From positions 115,109 through 179,108 of the forward strand of contig CAWGXN010000003.1 in assembly GCA_963826605.1 (NCBI GenBank): a stretch of DNA of 64,000 nt, read 5' to 3'. The notes under the pieces are model-generated. The model made no database searches. It was not told the DNA's origin and saw only the letters and a program-made list of their open reading frames with translations. Positions 19,964-28,650 of this stretch are shown in pieces (position 1 is the stretch's first letter; every line of letters starts with the position of its first letter). The stretch comes from an uncultured Alphaproteobacteria bacterium (GTDB lineage: Bacteria; Pseudomonadota; Alphaproteobacteria; MPNO01; DASWLB01). Both the position numbers and the translations under genes were made by a program.

Positions 19964-20587
19964 CTACGCGAACGGGCTCCAGGCGCGCTGGACGGCCGGG
20001 CGGGCGGCGATCACATCGTGCCAGCGCTTGATGTTGGGATAGGCGTCGAGCCCGATCTGGTTCACTCCGTGGATGTGCACGTCGGGATACATCGAGATGT
20101 CGGCGACGGTGTAGGCCTCGCCCGCGACATAGGCGCTTTCGCCCAGCCGCCGGTCGAGGATCGACAGCATGTCCTTCAGATTGTCGGTGTAGAACGCCTT
20201 GGCCGCCGGCACGTCCTCGGGCGAGCGCACGACCCAGTGGCCGAACTGCTGGGCGAGGGTGGTGAAGGTCGCCGAGCCGTAGAACAGCCACTGGTCGACC
20301 GTCACCTGCGCCGCCGGATCGTCGGGATACAGGCCGTTCTTCGCCTTGGCGCCGACATATTTCAGAATCGCGCCCAACTCGCACAGCGTCACCTTCTTCC
20401 CGCCCGGCCCCTCGGGGTCGACGATGGCGGGGATCTTGTGGCCCGGGCTGATCTTCATGAAATCGGGGTTGAACTGCTCGCGCTTCGGCAGGGCGACCGG
20501 GTGCAGGTTGTAGCCGAGGCCCGACTCCTCGACCGCGTGCCGGCCCTTGTAGCCGTTGTCCGTCATCCAGGTATAGAGATCGAGCAT
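19964..20587 (-). CDS. Glutathione S-transferase (YfcG/Nu-class-like)
   Basis: Intact 207-aa ORF. ..FNPDFMKISPGHKIPAIVDPEG.. and the C-terminal helical domain are typical of GSTs. Confidence 0.85.
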   Translation of the reverse strand: MLDLYTWMTDNGYKGRHAVEESGLGYNLHPVALPKREQFNPDFMKISPGHKIPAIVDPEGPGGKKVTLCELGAILKYVGAKAKNGLYPDDPAAQVTVDQWLFYGSATFTTLAQQFGHWVVRSPEDVPAAKAFYTDNLKDMLSILDRRLGESAYVAGEAYTVADISMYPDVHIHGVNQIGLDAYPNIKRWHDVIAARPAVQRAWSPFA

Positions 20588-20707
20588 GGGTCCCTCCCGC
20601 GTTCCGATCGGTCAACTCTAGAACATCTTCCGCCCGCGCGGAATTGCGCTTTGGCGGTTCGGCCCCCCGTCGGCCAAGGCCTTGAAACTGCATGAATTGA
20701 GGCCGTC

Positions 20708-20723
20708 TGGCACGGAACTTGCA
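20708..20723 (+). promoter_or_regulatory. Sigma54 (RpoN)-type -24/-12 promoter
   Basis: TGGCACGGAACTTGCA matches TGGCACG-N4-TTGCW at every specified position. It lies 58 nt upstream of the ATG at 20781. Confidence 0.55.
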
Positions 20724-20780
20724 ACGCCTGGTTCGAGCCGGCCATGCGAGCCGGGGACAAGACGAACAAGGAGGCTACCG

Positions 20781-20885
20781 ATGCTTATCGCGCTCATCCG
20801 CCGCTTCCGGGCACGGCACGCTCCCCAGCCCGCGTCGCTCTGGCACAGGCTGATCGCGACGCACATCGGAAACGCGACACGCTAA
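20781..20885 (+). CDS. 34-aa basic small protein (MLIALIRRFRARHAPQPASLWHRLIATHIGNATR), unknown function
   Basis: AAGGAGG (20768-20774) lies 6 nt before the ATG. Third codon positions are mostly G/C. A strong terminator follows. No family was recognised. Confidence 0.4.
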   Translation: MLIALIRRFRARHAPQPASLWHRLIATHIGNATR

Positions 20886-20947
20886 ACCGCGAAGTGGATC
20901 AACATTCGGCGGCGCTCTCCCCCCTCCCCCCTCCCGCGTTGCCGAAC

Positions 20948-20980
20948 AAACGGCGGCCCCAGTCGGGCCGCCGTTTTTTT
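20948..20980 (+). terminator. Rho-independent terminator, probably bidirectional
   Basis: A 9-bp GC stem (CGGCGGCCC / GGGCCGCCG) with a 5-nt loop is followed by T7. The A-run on the 5' side gives a U-tract on the opposite strand for the convergent gene ending at 20984. Confidence 0.8.
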
Positions 20981-20983
20981 CGG

Positions 20984-21826
20984 CTAGGCGCGGACGAAGA
21001 CGTGCACCTGCTCGGCTGCCGGCCGGCCATACAGCGCGCCGGCGAGGTCGGCGGGCGCGCGCTGGGGGTCGACGGCTTCGAACCAGCGGCCCTTGCAGCG
21101 CGCCTCCAGCCTCTCGCCGGCGAAGGGGAACGGGTCCATCGCGTAGGTGCCGCCGCCGCGCGGGGTGACGGTGATGTCGACATCCTCGTCGGGCGAGGCG
21201 GGCACGTGGACGAAGGTCTCGGCGTCGCGCTGGCTCGCGTGGCGCAGGTTGAAATAAAGCGCCAGCGTGTCGAAGAACTGCAGCAGCTTGTAGTTCTGCA
21301 TCAGGCGCTGCGGGTCGACCCAGGGCGCCGTCCGCGGGTCGGCGGCGAGCAGGGCGGTGAGCCGCGCCTGGCGGGCGCGCTCGGCCTCCAGCACCTCGCG
21401 CGTCGCATCGGCCTGGGCGGGCGCGACCGGAATCGAGACCGGCCCGCCTTTGTGGGTGGCGAACCTGGAGAAGCCGTAGCGCGCGTTGAACAGCCCCCAG
21501 CAATGCATGCTGGCGAGCAGCCCGCAATAGGCGTGGCGCTTCTCGTTGTAGTCGGGCGAGCGGTGGCTGGTGGCGAGGCCGCCCGGGATGGGCGCGGTGC
21601 CGAGCCCGCGCGGGAAGCCGGAGGTCTCGTCCAGCACCGGAGCGGCGTCGAAATCGTCCCAGCCGCGGTCGTGGTGCGAGATGACGTACAGCACCTCGTC
21701 CCACGGCTCCGGCCGCTGGAAGCGGTCGTTGCCGAAGGCGCGCGCGAACTGGCCGCACAATTCGTTGTGCTCCTCCATGGTGGAGATGAAGCGCGGACCG
21801 CCCTGTGGCGCGGGCTGGATCATCAT
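20984..21826 (-). CDS. Hypothetical protein with an HDxGW motif (possibly DUF3891-like)
   Basis: Starts at MMIQPAPQGG.. (internal Met of ORF 20984..22117). It contains ISHHDRGWDDFD and has coding-like composition. The family assignment is from memory only. Confidence 0.6.
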   Translation of the reverse strand: MMIQPAPQGGPRFISTMEEHNELCGQFARAFGNDRFQRPEPWDEVLYVISHHDRGWDDFDAAPVLDETSGFPRGLGTAPIPGGLATSHRSPDYNEKRHAYCGLLASMHCWGLFNARYGFSRFATHKGGPVSIPVAPAQADATREVLEAERARQARLTALLAADPRTAPWVDPQRLMQNYKLLQFFDTLALYFNLRHASQRDAETFVHVPASPDEDVDITVTPRGGGTYAMDPFPFAGERLEARCKGRWFEAVDPQRAPADLAGALYGRPAAEQVHVFVRA

Positions 21827-21989
21827 GTGCCGTCTCCCTGGCTGATGTCCGATGCTAGTCCCGCGCGGCCCCGCGTGCCAGCCAATCGACACCCGCCGCG
21901 GGGCCATGCTAGCGTCGGAATGCCGGACGATCGCTCCGGCCGACTGTAAGCACGCCGCCGGCCGCGCCGGACGGCACGGGAGGAAAAGC

Positions 21990-22997
21990 ATGCAGAGCAA
22001 AGCACTCGCCGCCGCCGCATTGGTCGCGGCGCTCGCCCTCGCGCGGCCCGCCGCGGCGGCCGACATGGAAAAGACCTCGATGGCGCTGCCGGCGCTGACC
22101 ATCGGGTTCTCGCCCACCTACATCGCGGACGCCAAGGGCTTCTGGACCAAGCGCGGCCTCGAGGTCGCGCTGCATGACATCGTCGGCATCGGCTCGATGA
22201 ACGCCGTGCTCGCCGGCTCGGTCGACTTCTCCAACTCGTCCGGCCCGACCATCATTCGCGCCAACATCCGCGGCGCGCATGTGGAGGGCGTCGGGTCGAC
22301 CCTGAACGGCTTGCCATTCGAGATCATCGTGCCGCCGGACCTGATGAAGAAGGCGGGCGTCACCAAGGACTCGCCGGTCGCCGAACGCGCCAAGATCCTG
22401 AAGGGCGCGAAGATCTCCGTCACCTCGCCCAACACCATCCCGCACGTCTACCTGCGCTACTTCCTGCGCAAGGGCGGGCTCAACCCCGAGCGCGACGTGA
22501 CGGTGGTCTCGATCCCGCCCGAGGCCGGCCTCGCGGCGCTCAAGAACCACACCACGCAGGGCTACGTGCAGGGCCCGCCCTGGACCGAGATCGCGACGCA
22601 CCAGGGCATCGGCGTGCCGCTGTCCAGCGCGATCACCGGCGACCTGCCGGAGCTCAACCCCGTCGCCTACAACATCGTCGTGACGCGCACCGGGCTGTGC
22701 GACAAGAAGCCCACCGTGTGCCAGAAGCTCATGGCCGGCTATACCGAGGCAATGAAATTCATGCACTCGAACCCGGACGAGAGCATCGCGATCCTGCAGA
22801 AGAAGATGCCCAAGGTGGACCCGGGCGTGCTGCGCAACTCGTTCAAGCTGATCGCCAAGCTCACCCCCGACACCACCAAGATCAACCTGGACGGGCTCGC
22901 CCACGCGCAGGAGCTGATGATCGTCGGCGGCATGATCAAGGCGTCGCAGAAGCTCGCCTCTTTCGACGGCATCTACACCAACAAGTACGCCGAGTAG
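21990..22997 (+). CDS. ABC transporter substrate-binding protein, NMT1/SsuA/TauA-like (paralogue 1)
   Basis: Signal peptide MQSKALAAAALVAALALARPAAAA. Shares the blocks GIGSMNAVLAGSVDFS.S and IIRANIRG with the ORFs at 23421 and 24478, and ends ..FDGIYTNKYAE. A GGGAGG SD is present. Confidence 0.85.
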   Translation: MQSKALAAAALVAALALARPAAAADMEKTSMALPALTIGFSPTYIADAKGFWTKRGLEVALHDIVGIGSMNAVLAGSVDFSNSSGPTIIRANIRGAHVEGVGSTLNGLPFEIIVPPDLMKKAGVTKDSPVAERAKILKGAKISVTSPNTIPHVYLRYFLRKGGLNPERDVTVVSIPPEAGLAALKNHTTQGYVQGPPWTEIATHQGIGVPLSSAITGDLPELNPVAYNIVVTRTGLCDKKPTVCQKLMAGYTEAMKFMHSNPDESIAILQKKMPKVDPGVLRNSFKLIAKLTPDTTKINLDGLAHAQELMIVGGMIKASQKLASFDGIYTNKYAE

Positions 22998-23031
22998 CGG
23001 CGCGCTTTACGGCGAAGCCGAGATGCGATTG

Positions 23032-23065
23032 GCCCGGGCCATTTCTGGCCCGGGCCTTTTGTTTG
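23032..23065 (+). terminator. Rho-independent terminator after binding-protein gene 1
   Basis: GGCCCGGGCC-atttct-GGCCCGGGCC gives a 10-bp stem, followed by TTTTGTTT. Confidence 0.75.
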
Positions 23066-23089
23066 GTGGCGCGGGGCGTCGTCGGGTCG

Positions 23090-23263
23090 CTACCCCAACT
23101 TGCGGGCGGCGATGATCCCGAGCACCACGAACACGATGCAGATGGCCACGAACACGAAGAACAGGATCTTCGCGATTCCGGCCGCCGCGCTGGCGATGCC
23201 GCCGAAGCCGAACAGGGCGGCGACCAGCGCGATGATGGCGAAGAACAGGGCCCATTTCAGCAT
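23090..23263 (-). CDS. UPF0391/DUF1328 small membrane protein
   Basis: [57 protein letters not shown] has the characteristic two-helix pattern of the family. Confidence 0.8.
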   Translation of the reverse strand: MLKWALFFAIIALVAALFGFGGIASAAAGIAKILFFVFVAICIVFVVLGIIAARKLG

Positions 23264-23342
23264 GTGGCGACCCTTCCGGCAGGCGGTTGCGACACGTGCG
23301 ATCAACGCGCCCCCGCCCGCTGCGTTCCGAAATCGCGCCCGA

Positions 23343-23372
23343 TTGACGGCGCGCGCGGGGCCCGCCTATCCT
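23343..23372 (+). promoter_or_regulatory. Sigma70-like promoter candidate for binding-protein gene 2
   Basis: TTGACG-N18-TATCCT. Its layout is very similar to the candidate at 25520-25548. Confidence 0.4.
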
Positions 23373-23420
23373 TCGCGGCAACGCGGGCCGCGGTTCGGCC
23401 CGCCCAGCGGGGGGACCAGA

Positions 23421-24443
23421 ATGAAGCGTGCGACCGCAGCGATGGCGTTCGGGCTGGTGGCGGGGTTGGGATCGGCCGGGAGCGCGTCCGCGGCGGACGA
23501 CGCGGTCCTTGCGCTGCCCGCGATCAACATGGGCTTCGCGCCCGCCTACATCGCCGAGCATGAGGGCTACTGGTCGAAGCGCGGCCTCGACATGAAGATC
23601 GTCGAGATCACCGGCATCGGCTCGATGAACGCGGTGCTCGCGAACAGCGCGGACTTCTCCATCTCGTCGGGCATGACCATCATCCGCGCCAACATCCGCG
23701 GCCGGAAGGTGATCGAGATCGCCCACACCTATGACGGGCTGATCGAAGAGATCGTGGTCTCGAAGAAGCTGGCCGATGCGGCCGGCGTCACGGCCAATTC
23801 GCCGATCGAGAAGCGCGCCGCCCTGCTCAAGGGGCTCAAGGTCGCGCTCGGGGGGCCGAACACCTTGCCGCATGCCTATCTCCGCATGTTCGCGCGCAAG
23901 GGCGGACTCGACCCCGAGCGCGACTTCCAGATCGCGGCGATGCAGCCGCCGGCCGCGCTGGCCGCGCTGCGCTCGGGCGCGATCGGCGCGTTCGCCGGCA
24001 CGCTGCCCCAGCCGATCCAGGCCGTCGATGGCGGGTTCGGCATGCTGCTGTCTAGCGGGCTGCGCGGCGGCAAGGACGGCAACGGCGACTTCCCCGAGCT
24101 TCTGCCGATCGCGCTCAACGGCGTGATGGCGACGCCCGCCGAGTGCGAGAAGAAGCCGACCTATTGCGCCCGCATGGTGGCCGGCATCGCTGACGGGCTG
24201 ACCTTCCTGCACGCGCACCCGAAGGAGGCGGTCGCGATCCTGCAGAAGCGCATTCCCGGCATGGCGCCCGATGTGTTCCAGAAGTCGTTCGACCTGCTGC
24301 TCAAGTGGATTCCGAAGACGCCCCGCATGGACGACGCGAAGTTCGCGCATGCCCAGCAGGTCATGCTCGAGGGCCACATGATCAAGCCCTCCGAGAAGCT
24401 CACCTCGTTCGAGAAGATCTACACCAACAAGTTCGTTCCCTAG
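23421..24443 (+). CDS. ABC transporter substrate-binding protein, NMT1/SsuA/TauA-like (paralogue 2)
   Basis: Signal peptide MKRATAAMAFGLVAGLGSAGSASAA. Conserved blocks match paralogues 1 and 3. Ends ..FEKIYTNKFVP. Confidence 0.85.
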   Translation: MKRATAAMAFGLVAGLGSAGSASAADDAVLALPAINMGFAPAYIAEHEGYWSKRGLDMKIVEITGIGSMNAVLANSADFSISSGMTIIRANIRGRKVIEIAHTYDGLIEEIVVSKKLADAAGVTANSPIEKRAALLKGLKVALGGPNTLPHAYLRMFARKGGLDPERDFQIAAMQPPAALAALRSGAIGAFAGTLPQPIQAVDGGFGMLLSSGLRGGKDGNGDFPELLPIALNGVMATPAECEKKPTYCARMVAGIADGLTFLHAHPKEAVAILQKRIPGMAPDVFQKSFDLLLKWIPKTPRMDDAKFAHAQQVMLEGHMIKPSEKLTSFEKIYTNKFVP

Positions 24444-24477
24444 GCGTTTCGGCGCGTCCCAACCTATCGGGAATCGA

Positions 24478-25506
24478 ATGAAGATCGTGCGCGTCCGTGC
24501 CGGCGCAGCGCTGCCGCTGGCCCTCGTGGCCGGCCTGGCATTCGGCCTCGTGCGGCCCGCCCTGGCCGCCGAGATGGACCACGCCACCATCGCCCTGCCG
24601 GCCATCACCTTCGCCTTCGCGCCGGTCTATATCGCCCAGGACGAAGGGTTCTGGGCGAAGCGCGGGCTCGAGGTGAAGTCGCCGGTCATCACCGGCATCG
24701 GCGCGATGAACGCGGTTCTGTCGGGCAGCGTCGAGTTCTCGATCTCCTCCATGCCGTCGGTGATCCGCGCCAACATCCGCGGCCGCAAGATCACGGCCAT
24801 CGGCCAGGCCTTCGGGGGCACGGCGGTCGAGTTGGTGATGCGCAAGGACCTCGCCGAGGCGAAGGGCATCACCGTCACGTCGCCGCTGGCGGAGCGCGCC
24901 GCCGCGCTCAAAGGCCTCAAGGTCGGCATGCTGGCGCCCAACACCATCGTGCATGCCTATCTGCGCTACTTCGCGCACAAGGGGGGCATCGACCCGGAGC
25001 GCGACTTCACCCTGTCGATCATGTCGCAGCAGGCGGCGATCGCGGCGCTGAAATCCAAGGATATCGGCGCGATGGCGCAGGTGCTGCCCTATTCGACCAT
25101 CGCCATCCACAACGGCTCGGCGGTGATGCTGTCGTCGGGCAATGCGGGCGACTTTCCGGAGTTGCTGCCCTTCGCGCTCAACGGCATCACGGCCCGGCCC
25201 GACACGTGCGAAAAGCGCGCCGCGACCTGCGAGAAGATGGTTGCCGGCTACCAGGACGCGATGCGCTTCCTCAAGTCGCATCCCAAGGAGGCGGGCGCGA
25301 TCCTGAAAAAGCGCATCCCGCACATGGACCCGGGGACGTTCGACGACGCGTTCGAGACGACCCGGCGCTGGACGCCCGAGACGATGAAGATCGACGTGAA
25401 GGGCATGCAGCACGCCCAGCAGCTCATGCTGATCGGCGAGATGATCAAGCCCGGCCAGGAGCTGAAATCGTTCGACGCGATCTATACGAACAAGTACGTG
25501 AAGTAG
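24478..25506 (+). CDS. ABC transporter substrate-binding protein, NMT1/SsuA/TauA-like (paralogue 3)
   Basis: Intact 342-aa ORF with a signal peptide. Conserved blocks GIGAMNAVLSGSVEFSISS and VIRANIRGRK. Ends ..FDAIYTNKYVK. Confidence 0.85.
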   Translation: MKIVRVRAGAALPLALVAGLAFGLVRPALAAEMDHATIALPAITFAFAPVYIAQDEGFWAKRGLEVKSPVITGIGAMNAVLSGSVEFSISSMPSVIRANIRGRKITAIGQAFGGTAVELVMRKDLAEAKGITVTSPLAERAAALKGLKVGMLAPNTIVHAYLRYFAHKGGIDPERDFTLSIMSQQAAIAALKSKDIGAMAQVLPYSTIAIHNGSAVMLSSGNAGDFPELLPFALNGITARPDTCEKRAATCEKMVAGYQDAMRFLKSHPKEAGAILKKRIPHMDPGTFDDAFETTRRWTPETMKIDVKGMQHAQQLMLIGEMIKPGQELKSFDAIYTNKYVK

Positions 25507-25519
25507 GCGCCGCGCGGCG

Positions 25520-25548
25520 TTGACGGCCCGGCGCGGCCCCCCTATCAT
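25520..25548 (+). promoter_or_regulatory. Sigma70-like promoter candidate for the permease/ATPase genes
   Basis: TTGACG-N17-TATCAT, about 105 nt upstream of ATG 25655. Confidence 0.45.
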
Positions 25549-25654
25549 CGGCCGATAAAGCCGCGCAATCGCGGCACGTCTGGGTGTCCGGGGGCGACCG
25601 GAGACGTTGGGAGGCGGGGCGCCGCGGGCGCGTCGCGAACGAGCGGAGGATTCG

Positions 25655-26434
25655 ATGAACCAGCGGGTCGTCATCGACCGCCTGGTCGTGCTGGTGCTGG
25701 TAATCGGCGCTTGGCAGCTTTCGAGCATCGAGTGGGGCACCATCTGGTTCTCCAGCCCGTGGCGGGTCACCACCCGGCTGTGGGACGAGGTGCTGTCGGG
25801 CGACCTGTTCTTCCACATGGGCTATACGCTGAAGGCGGCGTTCTACGGCTTCCTGGTGGGCGGCATCCCAGGGGCACTGCTGCCCTTCGTGCTGCGCCGC
25901 CACCCGGTGGTGAGCGCCATCCTCGACCCGTATCTTGCGGGCGGGTACGGCGTGCCCAAGCTGGCGCTGGCGCCGCTGTTCATCCTGTGGTTCGGCATCG
26001 ACCTCGAGCCCAAGGTGGCGCTGGTCGCGGCCATCGTGTCGTTCCTGGTGTTCTTCTCGACCACCGCCGGCGTCAACGCGGTCAACGCGCAGTACGTGTC
26101 GATCGCCCGGGTGTTCGGCGCGTCCGAGCGCGACATCGCGCGCCACATCGTGTGGCCGGGCGCCATTCCCTATGCGTTCGCCGGGTTCCGCATCGCCGCG
26201 CCCTACGCCATCGGCGCCGCGGTGGTGGGCGAGCTGATCTCGTCCAACCGCGGGCTCGGCTACATGATCAACGCCGGCGCGACCGACTTCGACACCACGA
26301 TCGTATTCGTCTCGCTCACCACGCTGACGCTTCTGGTCGTCTTCGTGAATCTCCTGGTCGCCCGCGGCGAGCGTTGGCTCCTGCGCTGGCGGCCGCCGCA
26401 GCAGGGTCCGACTTCAAGGGTTTTGGGAGCATGA
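25655..26434 (+). CDS. ABC transporter permease (SsuC/TauC-type)
   Basis: Starts at MNQRVVIDRLVVLVLVIGAWQL. The EAA-like region is ARVFGASERDIARHIVWPGAIPYAFAGFRIA. The stop overlaps the next ATG (ATGA). Confidence 0.85.
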   Translation: MNQRVVIDRLVVLVLVIGAWQLSSIEWGTIWFSSPWRVTTRLWDEVLSGDLFFHMGYTLKAAFYGFLVGGIPGALLPFVLRRHPVVSAILDPYLAGGYGVPKLALAPLFILWFGIDLEPKVALVAAIVSFLVFFSTTAGVNAVNAQYVSIARVFGASERDIARHIVWPGAIPYAFAGFRIAAPYAIGAAVVGELISSNRGLGYMINAGATDFDTTIVFVSLTTLTLLVVFVNLLVARGERWLLRWRPPQQGPTSRVLGA

Positions 26435-27236
26435 ACGCCACCGCTGTACCGATGCTCGAGGTCAAGGGCCTCGCCAAGCGCTTCCCGCCGCGCACGGGCC
26501 AGGGCGAGGCGCCCTGGATCCTCGCCGATCTGTCGTTCCACGTGGGCGACCAGGAATTCCTGACCATGGTCGGCCCGTCGGGCGCGGGAAAATCGACGCT
26601 GCTGAACATCATCGCCCAGGTCGACGGCGTCGAGCGGGGGCGACATCGTGTTCCGCGGCGAGACCATCGAGACGGGCGTCGGGCTCGGCGCTCAACCCGG
26701 GCTGGAACTGCCAGATCGGCTACGTCACCCAGGACGACAATCTGCTGCCCTGGCGCACGCTGATCGACAACGTGACCTTCCCGCTCAAGGTGCAGGGCCG
26801 GCTCGACGACGCGGCGATGAAGCGCGTGCACGAGCTGCTGCGCTCGGTCAACCTCACCGGGTTCGAGAAGTACTACCCGCACGAGCTGTCGGGCGGCATG
26901 CGCAAGCGCGCCTCGCTGATCCGCACGCTCGCCTACGACCCGCCGATCATCCTGATGGACGAGCCGTTCGGCGCGGTCGATGCCCAGACCCGCACGCAGC
27001 TCCAGCAGGATCTGCTGCGCCTGTGGAATTTGGGCCGCAAGACCATCGTCTTCGTCACCCACGACATCGGCGAGGCGATCGCGCTCGGCGACCGCCTTCT
27101 GGTGCTGTCCAAGTCGCCCGCCAAGATCATCAGCGAGCACAGGATCAACATTCCGCGCCCGCGCGACCTCGGCAACGTCTACAAGCTCGAGGGGTTCGGC
27201 GACATGTTCGAGACCGTGCGAAGGGAAATCCAATGA
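26431..27236 (+). pseudogene. ABC transporter ATP-binding protein; two frameshifts
   Basis: The Walker A motif GPSGAGKSTLLN is in the tail of ORF 25711..26763. The signature LSGGMRKRASL and the Walker B ILMDEPFGAVD are in ORF 26772..27236. Frame changes lie near 26632 and 26695. Confidence 0.85.
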
Positions 27237-28042
27237 GCACCGCCGTCATCCGGACGACGCCCGGCCTCTCGCCCAGGCGCGCGCTGATTCCGGCGGGCCG
27301 CATCGTGCTCGGCATCGCCTTCCTCGCGGTGTGGCAGTGGGGCTCGACCGTCATGGGGCGCCGAATGGCTGCCCGGCCCGGTCGCGACGCGTGGCCCGCA
27401 TCTGGGAGCTGACGGTATCGGGCGAGCTCGCCCGCGACACGCTGGTGACGTTCTACGAGGCCGCGGCCGGCATGATCATCGGCGGCGTCGGCGGCGCCGT
27501 GGCTGCCGTTCCTGCTGCGCCTGTCGCCGCGGCTGATGACCGCGCTCGACCCGTTCATCTCGGCCGCGTTCGGCGTGCCCAAGCTCGCCCTCGGCCCGCT
27601 GTTCATCCTGTGGATCGGCATCGGCATCACCACCAAGATCGTGTTCGTCACCTCGATCGTGTTCTTCCTGCTGTTCTATAACGGGCTCGCCGGCATCATG
27701 GCGATCGATCCGCGCCTCGTCTCGATGGCGCGCGTCGCCGGCGCCAACGAATGGGTCATCACCCGCGAGATCGTGTGGAACACGACGAAGCCGTTCCTGT
27801 TCTCCGGCCTCAAGATCGCGCTGCCGCGCGCGCTGTCGGGCGCCGTGGTGGGCGAGTTCATCGCCGCCGATTCCGGCCTCGGCTGGTACATCAACAATGC
27901 CCGCTCGCTCAACGACACGACGGGCGTGCTCGCCGGGGCGGTGATCGTGACCGCGCTGGTGATCCTGGTGAATGCCGGGCTGCAGAAGGTGCAGGCGCGC
28001 TCGCTCGCCTGGCGGCCGGTCTCCAAGGACATGTCGATCTGA
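27233..28042 (+). pseudogene. Second ABC transporter permease; three frameshifts
   Basis: MSTAVIRTTPGLSPRRALIPAGRIVLGIAFLAVWQW.. / ..IWELTVSGELARDTLVTFYEAAAGMIIGG.. / ..FGVPKLALGPLFILWIGIG..ARVAGANEWVITREIVW... Frame changes lie near 27357, 27388 and 27503, and the net length is 3n. Confidence 0.8.
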
Positions 28043-28208
28043 CGGCCTGTCGCCCCGGCCAGCCGCGGTCGCGACAGCGACGGCGGCGCGAGCCGGGGCC
28101 TATCTGCGGCTTCCGAAGCGCTGGACGGGCTCTGCCCGCACCGCTCGCGCTGCGCCGCGCCCGTGCGAGGTTCCGGCATCGGGGTAGAGAAGTGAGGGCG
28201 GCCGGCGC

Positions 28209-28237
28209 TTGACAGGCGCCGGCCGATCCACAATATC
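28209..28237 (+). promoter_or_regulatory. Sigma70-like promoter candidate for tRNA-Ala
   Basis: A perfect TTGACA at 28209-28214 is followed 16-17 nt later by CAATAT/AATATC, ending about 12 nt before the tRNA 5' end. The -35 element sits in the loop of a GCCGGCGC/GCGCCGGC inverted repeat. Confidence 0.45.
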
Positions 28238-28248
28238 CCGGCCCTCAC

Positions 28249-28324
28249 GGGGCAGTAGCTCAGCTGGGAGAGCGCGACGTTCGCAATGTCGAGGTCAGGG
28301 GTTCGATCCCCCTCTGCTCCACCA
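28249..28324 (+). tRNA. tRNA-Ala (anticodon CGC), CCA encoded
   Basis: Folded by hand. Acceptor stem GGGGCAG/CTGCTCC with the G3:U70 alanine identity pair. D arm GCTC-AGCTGGGA-GAGC. Anticodon stem CGACG/TGTCG with loop TTCGCAA. T arm AGGGG-TTCGATC-CCCCT. 76 nt in total. Confidence 0.95.
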
Positions 28325-28331
28325 ATTCCCT

Positions 28332-28360
28332 CGGGCGGCGGGTCGCAAGACCGCCGCCCG
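28332..28360 (+). terminator. GC-rich hairpin after tRNA-Ala (terminator candidate, weak U-tract)
   Basis: CGGGCGGCGG-N9-CCGCCGCCCG is a perfect 10-bp stem, followed by atgcgTTTgg. Confidence 0.45.
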
Positions 28361-28650
28361 ATGCGTTTGGGCGCGCCCTGACGGGGCTCGCCTGGTCCCT
28401 TCCTGCCGGTCCCCTCGCCACAGCGTTCCCACACGCACGGGAAGTGGCGGCCCGCTAGACTGCGCGCGCTCCGCCTCCGCTGCATTCCTTGCAGGTTTGG
28501 GGTTGGCTGCGGGTGTCACTTCAGCACGCCACATGGAGGCGGAGCGCCTCGCCCCCGCAGCGCTTCGCACCCCTCGCATTCCCGGTTTTGCCGGCCCGCC
28601 CCGGCTGCTATCCTCGAACGCGCGAGGCGGGACGGCGAGCGGAGGATGCG

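Noticed and set aside
21827-21989. TPP or other riboswitch upstream of the NMT1/THI5-like binding proteins
   Set aside because: No CTGAGA / ACCTGATCTGGATAATGCCAGCG-type conserved cores, or other riboswitch signatures that I recognise, occur in the leaders at 21827-21989, 23264-23420 or 24444-24477.
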